Of a stretch of 64,000 bases of DNA, positions 25,901-40,295 are shown one piece after another (the stretch's first letter is position 1; the number at the start of each line of letters is the position of its first letter). A program made the translations under genes and the position numbers. This DNA comes from the human T2T-CHM13v2.0 reference genome, Homo sapiens. The notes below the pieces were generated by a model. It searched no databases, was not told where the DNA came from, and saw only the letters and a list, made by a program, of their open reading frames with translations. Location: NCBI RefSeq assembly GCF_009914755.1, contig NC_060940.1. One strand, written 5' to 3'.

Positions 25901-27537
25901 AGCCCAGAGCCATGTCCTGTCAGCTGCGGCAGCTTCCACCAGGCTGTGCTTTAGGGTCAGGGGTCTTTCAGGAAGAGCCATGCAGCCCACCCAGAAACAC
26001 TGACTCCCCAGGCTCGGGGGTCCCAAGCACAGGTGTCCTGGGGATCCCAGGACAGGCAGGACCCGCCGTCTCTAAGCTTCCCTTTGACCAAGGTGGGGCC
26101 GGGCACCCCAGGAGGGAGGCCCAAGGCCCAGGCTAGGAGCTGGGTACGGTGACCGCATTTTTAAAACCAGAAAATTCAGGATGTGCTTTTGGGGTCACTA
26201 CGAGTGCCCCTCTCCACCTGGCTCTTGGACTTGGGTCCCTTCTCTAGGCCTCAGTTTCCCCATCTGAGGGGTGGGTGTGGGGCTATCTGTGGTCACAAAA
26301 GTTGCTGACCGTCAGGACCTCGGGAGAATTTGGGGGCAGCCACCTCCACTTTGGGGTCTTTACCGGCCTGAGGGTCGTCCCGGCCCTGGAGTAGGGTGGG
26401 GTGCACAGCATCTCCCTCTGCACCCCACACTCTGCCCAGGCCCCATCCCCAAGCACCAGGGCTTCCCGTGTGCATTACAAACAGTGCATCCCAGCCCCTG
26501 ATGTGGGAGAGGAGGAGATGGGCACACCAGGGTCCCAGCAGCTGAAGTATTGGGGTGAAGAGATGAAGATTTTACCGAGGTACCCTGTTCTGGGAGAAGA
26601 AGAGTGAGGCTGGGGGTGGGGCTGCCCCTCTGTCCCCAGCCATGTCCCTCTTGGCTGTGCAGCCACAACAAGCCCCACCCCACCCAGCCCCACCGAGGCA
26701 GCCCTGGCCCCTGCCCAGTCAGTCTCAGGAACCCGCACCACCAGCGTTGGCTGCCCAGCCCTGACGTGGTGGGACCTGACAGACCAGCAGCAGCTGCAGG
26801 CCGGTTCAGCCACACAGCACAGTCCAGTTGGGGGCCGCTGTATGAATTACGGATACATCTCCAGCTGCTCTTGATGGACTGGAGCTGAACTCTCGCATCC
26901 CGGGGTTCAGTTCCCACAAAGCAGCCTGGAGAGGTGGAGGGGGACGGGCACTTTCCTGCAGACACCTCCCCTGCCGCTCCCCCGGACCCTCCACAGCCAG
27001 CCCACTGTGCCCACAGGCACCGCCACTGGCTTCTTGGGGTCATTCCGTGTCAGGACCCCACGCTCTCCCCAGCCCTGGCTGGCCCAGGGGCTTTCCGTGT
27101 GCACCGCTACCCTGGCACCTGGGGCGAGGCTGTGTCCCCGCCGGGTGAATCTCAGGTGTCCCTCCCAGCCAGAGGCCTGGAACCCTAGCGCTACCTCCCA
27201 GTGGCCCATGCACTCGCCAGGGGCTGCAGACAGCCTGGCTGCTGAGTGGGCCCAGTAGGAGACTCGGGGGCAGCTGGATGGGGGCTTTGAGGGCCAGTAC
27301 TTGGGGTGTGGCCACCAAGGCCCTGGCTCAGTCCGACGGGGGCGGGGCTCACGTGCCTTTGCCCTTGTGCTACGCAGCCCCGTGTGTGGAAGCCGCCTTG
27401 CGCCAATGGGCACCGACCCGTGGGCTGAGGGAAACACTGCGCCCCGTGGCCTCCTCACCACCCACAGCTCCCAGCTGCACGCTGCCGCCCAGGGCTCCAG
27501 GAGACGGTACTGTGGGACGCATCTGTCTTTGTTGCAG

Positions 27538-27696
27538 AGCCTCTGCCTGTCTTTGGGGGTTCCTGGATGGAGGAGGCCCACCACCCTGTACCCCTGGCGC
27601 CGGTCGCCTGCCCTGAGCCGCGTGCGGAGGGCCTGGGTCATCCCCCCGATCAGCGTATCCGAGAACCACAAGCGTCTCCCCTACCCCCTGGTTCAG
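27538..27696 (+). CDS. CDH15: CDH15 exon 2 (propeptide, furin site RVRR, start of EC1)
   Basis: ttgcAG|AGC; SLCLSLG...RVRRAWVIPPISVSENHKRLPYPLVQ; donor CAG|GTGAGC. Confidence 0.97.
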
Positions 27697-28321
27697 GTGA
27701 GCAGGTGGAGGGGGCAGGAGGGGAGAAAGGGGTAGGCTGGTCCCCAGTGGGCCTCCCTCATTCTCTAAAGGTCTCCTGGGAGCCAGCGGGGCCCCATTTC
27801 AGGACAGAGCTGAGGCAGGACTCGCCCACCTTGCCAGGGCTCTGGGCTTCCAACCTGGGTCTAGAGCAGGGCTCAAACCCTCCCCATTGCCCCAGGCCAC
27901 AGGGGAGTCCAGAGCTGCTCCCACCCCACATGCGCCTCGGGTGGACATACTCCACGTTAGGCTGCACGCTCGGGCGTGATTTTTGTGTGCGTGTTCGCCG
28001 ACGCTGAGTAGATGGAGGTGAAGGTGAACTGCCTTGCGTGGGCCTCAGCTTCACATACCCAAAATCGCCCCAGAGACCAGGGCCCTGAGGACACCAGGAG
28101 CTGAGCCTGAAATGAGGCTGCAAGACGGGGCACCCTTGGGGCCACAGGCTGAGCTGTCCCCAGCCCAGCACAGCTCCTCATTGGGTACCAGGATCCGTCC
28201 TCCAGTCCTAGGAGACTTAGACCTGCCCTGCTGTCAGCTGGGGAGGGGCCTGAGGGGCTGCAGAGAGGGCAGAGGCCCCCGCCCGGAGCAGCTCTCCCCA
28301 AACCCATTTCCTGCCCCACAG

Positions 28322-28477
28322 ATCAAGTCGGACAAGCAGCAGCTGGGCAGCGTCATCTACAGCATCCAGGGACCCGGCGTGGACGAGGAGCCCCGGGGCG
28401 TCTTCTCTATCGACAAGTTCACAGGGAAGGTCTTCCTCAATGCCATGCTGGACCGCGAGAAGACTGATCGCTTCAGG
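28322..28477 (+). CDS. CDH15: CDH15 exon 3 (EC1)
   Basis: IKSDKQQ...LDREKTDRFR; AG/GT flanks. Confidence 0.97.
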
Positions 28478-28836
28478 GTGCGGAGCTGCGTGGTCGGACC
28501 TGTGCCCCTCAAGCAGGCCTGGTGGAAAGCCAGTGCCCCTCCTCCCCACCAGGCTTCTCCTCCCCGCTCGGTGGGCTTCAGGCCAGACTGCAAGATCCAG
28601 GCACCCTTAAGTGAGGGGGCAGGTACAGGGGTTTGGGACCGAGGCCCTGCAGCCGGAGGAGGCAACTGTTGAGGGTTATGTGCCCATTTAACTGGAGGGC
28701 AGACAGAGGTCCCGTGGAGGAGCGGCTTGGTTCTGCCAGGGAGGAGCATGCTGCAGCCGCTGTAGCTTCTGTGGCTCAACCACAGCCAGCAACCCACTGG
28801 TCCTGGGAGCTCAGGAGTGTCGTGAAGAATCTCTAA

Positions 28837-29358
<522 letters not shown>

Positions 29359-29471
29359 CCCAAAATAATGTTGATCCCAGTGGCCGCCACTATTCTGGGC
29401 AGTGGGGTTAGTCAGGGAAGAAACCACTGATGCCCCTTGGGGGCTGGGATTCTCAGAGAAGGGGCAGTGAG

Positions 29472-30880
<1,409 letters not shown>

Positions 30881-30995
30881 TCAAAAGTTATTAGAGAGTA
30901 TTTCTCACTTGGAAACTGTAATTGTGCCCATTCTCCGAAAGGATGGGAGGCAGTTTAAAATGTCATGTGCACAGGGGAATTAAACTTCAGGAGGA

Positions 30996-31300
<305 letters not shown>

Positions 31301-31641
31301 CATAACTTCAGGAGGAACAAAGACCACAGAGAGACAGGGAGAGAGATTAGGAACCCTCTGAGAGCCTTACTTTAGTCACACGTGAAGCTGTGAGCTTCCT
31401 GGCTGCCAAGGCAAGCAGGGAAAGTGGCACCTGCCCTGTCTGCTAAGGGAAGGTGGCTCCCGTTCAGGGACGTCCTCAGTCACTGTGACAGATGCCCCAC
31501 CCTGTGCTGTTTCTCGCCTGTTTAAGCTGGTGTTTCCAGCTGGAGACAAAGTCTGAACGTGCTGTCTCTTTCGCATGGCCCTAACGGGAGCCACAGAAAT
31601 TTGGGGGCCACAGAGCCAGCCCTTGCTCTATGTTTGAACAG

Positions 31642-31786
31642 CTAAGAGCGTTTGCCCTGGACCTGGGAGGATCCACCCTGGAGGACCCCACGGACCTGGA
31701 GATTGTAGTTGTGGATCAGAATGACAACCGGCCAGCCTTCCTGCAGGAGGCGTTCACTGGCCGCGTGCTGGAGGGTGCAGTCCCAG
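31642..31786 (+). CDS. CDH15: CDH15 exon 4
   Basis: LRAFALDLGG...DQNDNRP...EGAVP; AG/GT flanks. Confidence 0.97.
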
Positions 31787-32669
31787 GTGAGACAGGACCA
31801 CAGCCCCGGGCCGGGAGGGGCTGCAAGGAAAGGCTCTGTGAAGTCCAGGACTTCCCTTAAGCAAGAATTCCAGAGGCCCCTCAGAGTCTAAAAATAAGTA
31901 AACAAGTCTCCGAGGCAGGTCCGTTTCCACAGGTCAACTCCTGCCACTTCCCATTCCAACATAAATTTCAAACCCAAAAATCTGAGCCTGGGAGTGGAGG
32001 TTTTTCAGGGGTCTTGTTCTCCCCCAAAAGCAAATGACTTCTCCCTCCTGCTGAGGGGGCCATCTGGAGCCAGGCACACTCCATTCTCACCCTGTACTCA
32101 CATGGGGTCCAGAGCACCCACAGGCATCTCTAGGTTGTGATTCACCCTAAACCCAGGCTGACCTGTAAGCTCCAGCCACGGGGACTCGCTCCCACCTCCC
32201 TGGGGGCCGGTGGTAAAGACCTGGTGGAAAGGCACAGGCCCCCTCGTGTCTGAGGCTACCAAGGACTGTGGCCAGGCCTGGCCCAGGCTCAGGCTTGGAG
32301 GCTCATATCCCGCCTCAGTTTCCTTCCCGTGTCTGTGGCAGTGGCCTCCGCGCCTCGTTCTGCCCCAGGTGACAGACAGCACGTCCTAGCTCCAGCTGTC
32401 CCGGGGGGAAGTCACAGCCAGCCAGGAGCTGCTCCCCAGGGTGGCCCAAAGCCCGTCCTTCCCACCCCACCTCGGTGGCTAAGTCCACCTGAGCTGCCAG
32501 AGGGGTCAGGCCTAAATCTCAGGAGAGGGAAATGGGGGGAGGTGAAACCTGGTCCTGCCATATGTGGCCCCTCTAGCGGCACCTTCGTGAGTACCGCTTC
32601 CCACAGCAGGTGGGGCGGGGGCTCTGGCCTACACAGTCACAGTGCGCGTCCTCTGCTCGGCTGTCGTGT

Positions 32670-32855
32670 GTCCTGCACCCAGCCTGCCCGCGCATCCTCT
32701 GTTTTATCCTGCCCTTGCATCCTCTGTCTTATCCTGTCCGTGCGTCCTCTGTTTTATCCTTCCCCTGCGTCCTCTGCCCAGCCTGCCCGTGCGTCCTCTG
32801 TCTTATCCTGCCCGTGTGTCCTCTGTTCAGCCTGCCCATGCATCCTCTGTCACCC
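32670..32855. repeat. Degenerate pyrimidine-rich tandem repeat (gcgtcctctg/ttatcctg units)
   Basis: Repeated cctgccc..gc(a/g)tcctctgt.ttat. Confidence 0.75.
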
Positions 32856-33266
32856 TGGATGCCAGCAGCTCCTGGAGGCCCCCGCTAGCTAGCCCAATCT
32901 GACCCAGCGCCCTTAGCCCCTGCACTGGGCAGGCCCAGGAGCCAGCACCTGACCCAGGTCGCATCCAATGCTCCTGTGCTCCGACCCCATAAACAGCACA
33001 AGCCGGGCAAAAGGCTTCGACCACATAGGTGGCCTGGACACAGCACGGTGGGCTTCAGGGGCAGCGGGAAGCATCTCGACCTGGGGGTTGCCGCATGCTG
33101 GCCGCCTCGGTGACGCAAACAGCAGCATGGACTGACTGCCCCATCTGGGGTCAGCCGTGCTGGAACCGGGGAGCCTGTGCACACGAGGTGCCCCCACGCC
33201 CCTCACAATGCCCCCAGCCCATCGGCCCTGTGGACGTTGGCCCTCACGCCTCCCTGTGCTTCCCAG

Positions 33267-33427
33267 GCACCTATGTGACCAGGGCAGAGGCCACAGATGC
33301 CGACGACCCCGAGACGGACAACGCAGCGCTGCGGTTCTCCATCCTGCAGCAGGGCAGCCCCGAGCTCTTCAGCATCGACGAGCTCACAGGAGAGATCCGC
33401 ACAGTGCAAGTGGGGCTGGACCGCGAG
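33267..33427 (+). CDS. CDH15: CDH15 exon 5 (EC2)
   Basis: TYVTRAEATDADD...GLDRE. Confidence 0.97.
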
Positions 33428-33779
33428 GTGAGGTGGCGCCCCGGCAGCTCCACACCCGCACGGCCAGGGCAGCCCATCTCCTGCGGGTCCCTCTGCCCCC
33501 AGCCTGCCCACCCCAGACGCTCCTGTCCCTGCCGTCGCTGCAGAGCTTGCAGTGGCCCTGGCTCCTGAGGAGATGGCATGGGGTGAACCCACTGATGCGC
33601 AGACAGGAGCCGCGCTGGCCCGGGTGGGAGGGGTCTGGTGCAAGTAGGGCGTGAGGGGCCCGGCACAGGGCAGGGCTCCCCAAGCAGCCCCGCCCCTCTC
33701 AGCCTCATGGCAACGGCTCCCCGCTGGTAAGTAACTAACTCCTTCTGTCAGGGCCCCTGTTGCCCCTTGCTGTCGGACT

Positions 33780-33960
33780 TCGGTGCTCCCGGAAGACCCC
33801 CCTTGAGTCAGCTCCTCTAGGAAGCCCTCCTGGTTACACTGTTACGTGGTCTTTGTCCATTTCTGTTCCTGCCACTAACCACGGTTCCCCAGGGCAGGGA
33901 CCCAAGCTCACTGGTGTGCTAGGTGCCCAGCACAGAGTAGGTGCTCTGTAAATGCTTACC
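33780..33960 (+). mobile_element. L2 3'-end fragment
   Basis: ggaagccctcct...agggcaggga...ctcactgg...gtgcccagcacagagtaggtgctctgtaaatg resembles the L2 tail GTGCCTGGCACATAGTAGGTGCTCAATAAAT. Confidence 0.6.
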
Positions 33961-35295
33961 CAGCGCACAGTAGGTGCTCTGTAAACACCCAGCGCACAGT
34001 GGTGCTCTGTAAACACTTATCCAGCACACAGTAGGTGCTCTGTAAACGCTTACCCAGCGCAGAGTAGGTGCTCTGTAAAGGCTTACCCAGCGCAGAGTAG
34101 GTGCTCTGTAAATGCTTACCCAGCGCACAGTAGGTGCTCTGTAAACACCCAGCGCACAGTGGTGCTCTGTAAACGCTTACCCAGCGCACAGTAGGTGCTC
34201 TGTAAAGGCTTACCCAGCGCACAGTAGGTGCTCTGTAAACGCTTACCCAGCACACAGTAGGTGCTCTGTAAACGCTTACCCAGCGCACAGTAGGTGCTCT
34301 GTGAACACCCAGCGCACAGTAGGTGCTCTGTAAACGCTCACCCAGTGCACAGTAGGTGCTCTGTAAACGCTCACCCAGCGCACAGTAGGTGCTCTGTAAA
34401 GGCTCACCCAGCGCACAGAAGGTGCTCTGTAAAGGCTCACCCAGCGCACAGTAGGTGCTCTGTAAACGCTCACCCAGCGCACAGTAGGTGCTCTGTAAAG
34501 GCTCACCCAGCGCACAGAAGGTGCTCTGTAAAGGCCCACCCAGCGCACAGTAGGTGCTCTGTAAACGCTTACCCAGCGCACAGTAGGTGCTCTGTAAACG
34601 CTTACCCAGCGCACAGTAGGTGCTCTGTGAACACCCAGCGCACAGTAGGTGCTCTGTAAACGCTCACCCAGCGCACAGTAGGTGCTCTGTAAACGCTCAC
34701 CCAGCGCACAGTAGGTGCTCTGTAAACGCTCACCCAGCGCACAGTAGGTGCTCTGTGAACACCCAGCGCACAGTAGGTGCTCTGTAAAAGCTCACCCAGC
34801 GCACAGAAGGTGCTCTGTAAACGCTTACCCAGAGCACAGTAGGTGCTCTGTAAACGCTTACCCAGCGCACAGAAGGTGCTCTGTAAACGCTTACCCAGCG
34901 CACAGAAGGTGCTCTGTAAACGCTTACCCAGCGCACAGTAGGTGCTCTGCAAACACCCAGCACACAGTAGGTGCTCTGTAAACGCTTACCCAGCACACAG
35001 TAGGTGCTCTGTAAACGCTTACCCAGCACACAGTAGGTGCTCTGTAAACGCTTACCCAGCGCACAGTAGGTGCTCTGTAAACGCTTACCCAGTGCACAGT
35101 AGGTGCTCTGTAAACGCTTACCCCGGGCACACAAGGTGCTCTGTAAACACTTACCCAGCACAGAATAGGTGCTCTGCAAACGCTTACCCAGTGCAGAGTA
35201 GGTGCTCTGTAAACGCTTACCCAGCGCACAGTAGGTGCTCTGTAAACGCTTACCCAGTGCACGGTAGGTGTTCTGTAAATGCTTATCCAGTGCCA
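33924..35295. repeat. CDH15 intron 5 VNTR, about 42 copies of 33-bp (and 28/29-bp) units
   Basis: acccagcgcacagtaggtgctctgtaaacgctt repeated. Confidence 0.97.
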
Positions 35296-35489
35296 TAGGC
35301 TAGGGCAGCATCACAGCCTCATGCACTTAGGATCAGGGCAGGATTCTCAGGGCCACTTGGGGTCTTCAACACCCACTGGGTGCTCCCGTAGGAACTGAGC
35401 TGGCCAGGTGGCCTGGCTCCCACCCCTGACCAGTCCCCATGTGCCCCACCTGGGCCCTCATCTTCTGACCCTGTGCCCCACATCCCCAG

Positions 35490-35618
35490 GTGGTCGCGGT
35501 GTACAATCTGACCCTGCAGGTGGCGGACATGTCTGGAGACGGCCTCACAGCCACTGCCTCAGCCATCATCACCCTTGATGACATCAATGACAATGCCCCC
35601 GAGTTCACCAGGGATGAG
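35490..35618 (+). CDS. CDH15: CDH15 exon 6
   Basis: VVAVYNLTLQVADMSGDG...DDINDNAPEFTRDE. Confidence 0.97.
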
Positions 35619-36160
35619 GTGCTGCTGCTGTCCCTCCCTCGAAAGTAGCCCCTGCTTAGAGCTGCCTTCCCTTCTTGGGCTCCTGCAGAAGGCAGCGGGC
35701 TTCATGATGGGGCAGGAGGATGGTGTGCTTTGGAGAAGGAACTCCGCGTGGGCGGGTGGAAGCCCAAGCTGGAGGGGCCCCGGGGTGCTGCGTGGCAGTG
35801 TGTGAATGGAGTCAGAGTTGGGAGAGAGGCCCTTGGGGAGAAGCAGCCCATGGGACCCTCTGAGGCCCTCTCGCATTGCAGAGCAAGTCTCCCTCCGGCC
35901 TTTGCTGTATGGGAAGGGAGCACGAAGCTGAGCCCACAGAGGAGGACCATGGGGGCACGTGGGGGACAGTGACTCACAAAACAGACAAACCTGAGGACAC
36001 CCAGTGGGTGGGGAGCAGCTTCGACAGGAGCAAGGGAGGGTGTTCCTGCTGGGAGGCAGGAGGGAGGGTGGGAGGGGAGGGTGGGCTGAGGGCCCTGAGG
36101 GCCCCACCCATGCTGTCCCCCCAGCCCTGCTGGTAACTGGGGCTGGGATCCCCCACCCAG

Positions 36161-36346
36161 TTCTTCATGGAGGCCATAGAGGCCGTCAGCGGAGTGGATG
36201 TGGGACGCCTGGAAGTGGAGGACAGGGACCTGCCAGGCTCCCCAAACTGGGTGGCCAGGTTCACCATCCTGGAAGGCGACCCCGATGGGCAGTTCACCAT
36301 CCGCACGGACCCCAAGACCAACGAGGGTGTTCTGTCCATTGTGAAG
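36161..36346 (+). CDS. CDH15: CDH15 exon 7 (EC3)
   Basis: FFMEAIEAVSG...TNEGVLSIVK; donor AAG|GTGAGC. Confidence 0.97.
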
Positions 36347-36361
36347 GTGAGCGGCCCCCGG

Positions 36362-37510
36362 CTGGCACACAGATGCCGGCAGACGCAGATGCCGACACAC
36401 ACAGATGCCCACACACAGATGCCGGCACACACAGATGCCCACACACAGATGCCGGCACACACACATGCCGGCACACACAGATGCCCACACACAGATGCCG
36501 GCACACACACATGCCGGCACACACAGATGCCCACACACAGATGCCGGCACACACAGATGCCGGCACACACAGATGCCCACACACAGATGCCGGCACACAC
36601 AGATGCCCACACACAGATGCCGGCACACACACATGCCGGCACACACAGATGCCCACACACAGATGCCCACGCACAGATGCCGGCACACACAGATGCCCAT
36701 GCACAGATGCCGGCACACACAGATGCCCACACACAGATGCCGGCACACACAGATGCCCACGCACAGATGGCGGCACACACAGATGCCGGCACACACAGAT
36801 GCCGGCACACACAGATGCCCACACACAGATGCCCACACACAGATGCCCACGCACAGGTGCCCACACACATGCTGGCACACAGATGCCCACGCACAGGTGC
36901 CCACACACAGATGCCCACGCACAGGTGCCCACACACAGATGCCAGCACACACAGATGCCCACACACACATGCCCACACACAGGTGCCCACACACAGATGC
37001 CCACACTGTCCACACACCGATGCTGGCACACATAGATGCCCACACACAGACACCCACACACAGATGCCCACACACAGGTGCCCACACACAGATGTTGGCA
37101 CACACAGGTGCCCACACACAGATGCCGGCACACACAGATGCCCACACACAGATGCCCACACACAGATGCCCACGCACAGGTGCCCACACAAAGATGCCGG
37201 CACACACAGATGCCCACACACAGATGCCCACACACAGATGCCGGCACACACAGATGCCCATACACAGATGCCCACGCACAGGTGCCCACACACAGATGCT
37301 GGCACACACAGATGCCCACACACATGCCCACACACAGATGCCGGCACACACAGATGCCCACACACAGATGCCAGCACACACAGATGCCCACACACAGATG
37401 CCGGCACACACACATGCCGGCACACACAGATGCCCACACACAGATGCCGGCACACACAGATGCTGGCGCACACAGATGCCCACACACAGATGCCCACACA
37501 CAGATGCCCA
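36362..37510. repeat. CDH15 intron 7 VNTR of 14/16-bp units (cacacagatgccca / cacacagatgccggca)
   Basis: Direct reading; starts about 15 nt after the exon 7 donor. Confidence 0.97.
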
Positions 37511-37752
37511 TGCTGGGGTTTGAGCCCCTTCCTGGCAGGTTCACATCCTCTGACCAGCTGGGACCTTGTGTTCGTCCTTGGGTGAGAGAGAGTGGGGGAG
37601 GGCATGGAGCCCCCCAGCCTGAGGACTGGGTCCCAGGCCACGCTACCCATGGGGCTTGAGGGCCAGAGGCAGGGGACACCCTCCACCACTCTGCTCTGTC
37701 CAGCCTTCCTCCTTTCATATGGAATCCATGTACAAAATCACAGCTGCACACC

Positions 37753-38150
37753 TGTGTCAGTCCTGGTTCTACCAGAGAAAGAGGCCATAGGAGACACATG
37801 CACAGATATGTCCGCACGTGTAGATGTGGGTGTATTTAGATACTGACACAGTAAGAGGTTTACTGCAAGAAATTGGCTCATGCGGTGCTGGGGTCTGGCT
37901 GGGCAGGTCTAACGTGCAGACCACAGGCTGGAGCCGACGCAGCAGTTTAGAGGCAGAGAAAATGCAGTTTTGCTCTCAAAGCCTTCACCTGAGTGGATAA
38001 AGCCAACCCACATCACCCAGGACGATCTCCTTTATTTAAAATCAAGTGACTGCAGGGGCTGGCGCCATCCCCCAACGGCCCTCGCTGAAATACCCGCGGA
38101 GTATGTGCTTGAACCCTGGGCTGCTCCCCAACCACCACCACACACAACCA
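37753..38150 (-). mobile_element. MLT2-type (ERVL) LTR, antisense
   Basis: tgtgtcagtcctggttctaccagagaaa...aagaaattggctcatgc...gccttcacctgagtggat.agcc.acccacat...ctcctttatttaaaatcaa.tga. Confidence 0.65.
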
Positions 38151-38333
38151 GCATTTTAATAATATTCTTTGTGCCTTCTTGTCCTGCATAATTTGTTTTT
38201 TCAAGGTTAAAAAGGGGCAGAAGGAAAGTACAGGTGCTCTGGACAGACCCAAGGAGTGGCTCCCCCATGGCACCTGCCCTCGGGTGCCCACACTTGCGTT
38301 GGGCGGATGACGGGCTGTGCTTCCTTCCCTCAG

Positions 38334-38587
38334 GCCCTGGACTATGAGAGCTGTGAACACTACGAACTCAAAGTGTCAGTGCAGAATGAGGCCCCGCTGC
38401 AGGCGGCTGCCCTTAGGGCTGAGCGGGGCCAGGCCAAGGTCCGCGTGCATGTGCAGGACACCAACGAGCCCCCCGTGTTCCAGGAGAACCCACTTCGGAC
38501 CAGCCTAGCAGAGGGGGCACCCCCAGGCACTCTGGTGGCCACCTTCTCTGCCCGGGACCCTGACACAGAGCAGCTGCAGAGGCTCAG
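38334..38587 (+). CDS. CDH15: CDH15 exon 8
   Basis: ALDYESCEHY...DTNEPPVF...DPDTEQLQRL. Confidence 0.97.
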
Positions 38588-39074
38588 GTGGGGCTCCTGA
38601 GGCCCTGGGAGAGGTAGAGGAGGCTAACGGCCCCATTCCTGCTTCGGGTGCCCCTGATCCCTGGGCTCTGAGGGTCAGAGGGTGTAGGGGCCATTTGCTG
38701 TGTGGGTTCCTGAAGGTCTGGAGGGTCTCGAGTCCCGAGCATGCCCGTGTGTGCATGTTGGGGTGACCTCACCCCCTAGGGCAGGCCCAACTCCAGCCTG
38801 TGCACGCCAGTCTGTCCCTGCCAGCCGTGTCCATCCCAGGAGGCCCTTGCTCCCAAGGGACTGGCCGTTCGCATCTCATTTCACTCCAAGCCTGGCCCTG
38901 TGTATCCCTGTCTGTGTCCACGGGGCCCGGGAAGGGCCAGCACCAACTGAGGCTTAACTAGGTTGCCACACAATTGTCTCAGCGCCCTGGACAGCTCGCC
39001 TGCCCTCCCTGAGCCTCAGTTTCCTCACCTCACAGAAGGTGCTGGTGACTGCAGCTCCCATCATATTCACATGG

Positions 39075-39345
39075 GTTGTGTGTACATGTGTATGTGCATA
39101 TGTGTGTGCACATGTGTGGTACATGCGTGTGGTGTATAGGTGTGTGGGGGGTGGTATGTGCAAGGTGGGGGGGAGTGTCTATGTGTATATATGTGCACGT
39201 GTGTGTGCTGTGCATGCCCATGTATGTGTATGTGGTGTGTGCATGCATGTGGCATGTAAGGCTGTGTGTGCGTGTGTATATGTTGTGTGCATGTGTGCAT
39301 GCATGTGGTATGTATGTGTGTGCCTGTGTGTGTGCAGTGCATGTC
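39075..39345. repeat. (TG)/(TGTA)-rich low-complexity tract
   Basis: Direct reading. Confidence 0.9.
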
Positions 39346-39420
39346 ACGCACCCATACCTGACCACACCTGTGGGGCCCTGGGGTAAACTCAGATCCCACT
39401 CTTCCCCTCCCCTGCATCAG

Positions 39421-39563
39421 CTACTCCAAGGACTACGACCCGGAAGACTGGCTGCAAGTGGACGCAGCCACTGGCCGGATCCAGACCCAGCACGTGCTCA
39501 GCCCGGCGTCCCCCTTCCTCAAGGGCGGCTGGTACAGAGCCATCGTCCTGGCCCAGGATGACG
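39421..39563 (+). CDS. CDH15: CDH15 exon 9 (EC4)
   Basis: YSKDYDPEDWLQVD...VLAQDD. Confidence 0.97.
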
Positions 39564-39745
39564 GTGAGCGGCGCCGCCGGCTTGGGGCTCCCTGACCTGG
39601 CCTTGTCCCGGCTGAGCACCCCTGCCAGTGTCGGAGGGCTCTGCCCATGTCGCCCGGGGGCTCAGAGCTGCGCACCCGCTCTGAGCCGACTGGTGGGGCA
39701 GGCTGGGGTGTTGGGGTCACTAAGCCGCGGCCTCCTCGCCTGCAG

Positions 39746-39985
39746 CCTCCCAGCCCCGCACCGCCACCGGCACCCTGTCCATCGAGATCCTGGAGGTGAA
39801 CGACCATGCACCTGTGCTGGCCCCGCCGCCGCCGGGCAGCCTGTGCAGCGAGCCACACCAAGGCCCAGGCCTCCTCCTGGGCGCCACGGATGAGGACCTG
39901 CCCCCCCACGGGGCCCCCTTCCACTTCCAGCTGAGCCCCAGGCTCCCAGAGCTCGGCCGGAACTGGAGCCTCAGCCAGGTCAACG
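39746..39985 (+). CDS. CDH15: CDH15 exon 10
   Basis: SQPRTATGTL...EVNDHAP...NWSLSQVN. Confidence 0.97.
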
Positions 39986-40295
39986 GTGCGCTCCCCTCAC
40001 CGCCGCGCTCCCCCCATCCCCACGCTCCCCCCACCCCCACATTCCGGCCTCGGACGGGGGCAGGAGGGTGAGGGGCATGCAAACCCGTGGTCCTGCAACA
40101 GGTCCCCTCCCGCCACCCCCCCCACCACTGCATCCTCCCGTGGGGCAGGGTTACTCATTGTGCCCAGAGGACGGTGGGGGTGGGGGGGACCCAGGCCCAG
40201 GATCTCGGGATCCCCACCCTGTCTCGGCGCGAGGAGGGCAGGCGAAGTGGGGGCGGCCTCGGGAGGCCCTCGCTCACCACAGGCGCCCTCCGCAG

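Noticed and set aside
20000-27500. Scattered CAGCTG E-boxes and many 100-250-aa ORFs in CDH15 intron 1
   Set aside because: Expected by chance at this GC content; no distinctive clustering or homology recognised.
33924-35295. CRISPR-like periodicity of about 33 bp (also the 31-bp array at 9327)
   Set aside because: Head-to-tail repeats without unique spacers, no cas genes, eukaryotic context.
35702-37817. 500-600-aa Cys-rich minus-strand ORFs resembling keratin-associated or metallothionein proteins
   Set aside because: All three frames are open because the intron 7 repeat lacks stops; they are antisense to CDH15.
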